Made by a program: the position numbers and the translations under genes. The notes under the pieces were generated by a model. The model was given only the letters and a program-made list of their open reading frames with translations. It searched no databases and was not told where the DNA came from. Source: Octopus sinensis (taxonomy: Eukaryota). Taken from it: a DNA stretch of 7,165 nt. The stretch is from contig NW_021829161.1 of assembly GCF_006345805.1 (NCBI RefSeq), positions 1-7,165 on the forward strand. The letters run 5' to 3'. Within the stretch, counting starts at the first letter, position 1. Every line of letters starts with the position of its first letter. Positions 6,466 through 7,165 of this stretch are shown here, in pieces.

Positions 6466-6970
6466 AAATCAAAATCAAATTCGATGACTGGCATCCGTGC
6501 TAGTGGAGCACTAAGAGCATCATACGAGCGTGATCGTTGCCAGAGCAACAAACTGGCTTCCGTGGCGGTGGCACGTAAAAAACACCATTCGAGCATGAAC
6601 GTTATCTGCGTCGCCTTACTGGCACTTGTGCTGGTGGCACGTGAAAAAACATTCGAGCGAGGTCGTTGCCAGTGCCGCTGGACTGGCTCCTGTGCAGGTG
6701 GCACATAAAAAGCACCATTTGAGCGTGACCGTTGCCAGTCCCCGCCTGACTGGCCCTCGTGCTGGTGGCACGTAAAAGCACCCACTACACTCTCGGAGTG
6801 GTTGGCGTTAGGAAAGGCATCCAGCTGTAGAAACTTTTCCAGATCAAGATTGTAGCCTGGTGCAGCCAGCTGGTTCGCCAGACCTCAGTCAAATCGTCCA
6901 ACCCATGCTAGCATGGAAAGCGGACGTTAAACGATGATGGTGATGATGATGGTGATGATGATGATGATGA
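6466..6970 (+). mobile_element. Non-coding retroposon with ~65-bp internal tandem repeats and a (GAT)n 3' tail
   Basis: GGTGGCAC anchors at 6567, 6633, 6697 and 6763 (spacings 66, 64, 66) plus a degenerate unit at about 6502. A unique 3' segment contains the perfect palindrome CCATGCTAGCATGG (6903-6916); (GAT/GGT)n tail at 6933-6970. Confidence 0.8.
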
Positions 6971-7046
6971 CATACACACACATACATGCGCACATATGCA
7001 TACATGCAACACACTCACACACCCACAACCCGCCCCCAAACACACG
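6971..7046. repeat. Imperfect (CA)n-rich microsatellite
   Basis: Direct reading. Confidence 0.8.
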
Positions 7047-7165
7047 CAATAGTAAGTAATAAAAAGAACCAGAGACAAAGAAAAGGTATAAAAATCAATT
7101 TACTTGGAGTATTTTGTCCGAAATGGTGTTCCGTCGATTCAGCCGGTCTCGAAGCCAGCATTAAT

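Noticed and set aside
6486-6782. CRISPR-like periodicity (~65 bp)
   Set aside because: Whole units are homologous (no unique spacers), repeats are diverged, no cas genes, eukaryotic context.

Overview
Eukaryotic, AT-rich, repeat-dominated intronic or intergenic DNA. It is most likely an octopus or other coleoid cephalopod; this is inferred from my recollection of abundant Octopus SINE and MITE families, not from a database search. No recognisable protein-coding gene, RNA gene or CRISPR array is present, and most ORFs in the supplied track are translations of microsatellites or low-complexity DNA. Supported content: several tRNA-derived SINE copies or fragments, a mariner-derived MITE, a decayed RTE-like LINE 3' end, a (GAT)n-tailed element with ~65-bp internal tandem repeats, and many microsatellites. 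Most interesting: (i) a ~670-bp concentric fold-back at 1-672 whose centre carries a minimal type I hammerhead-ribozyme-like motif, (ii) a second, unrelated hammerhead-like motif at 5133-5189, (iii) a perfect 30-bp inverted repeat at 5555-5584/6031-6060 with a hairpin at its centre, and (iv) a speculative plus-strand gene (CCAAT-rich promoter-like patch, small membrane-anchor exon, phase-compatible 30-nt microexon).
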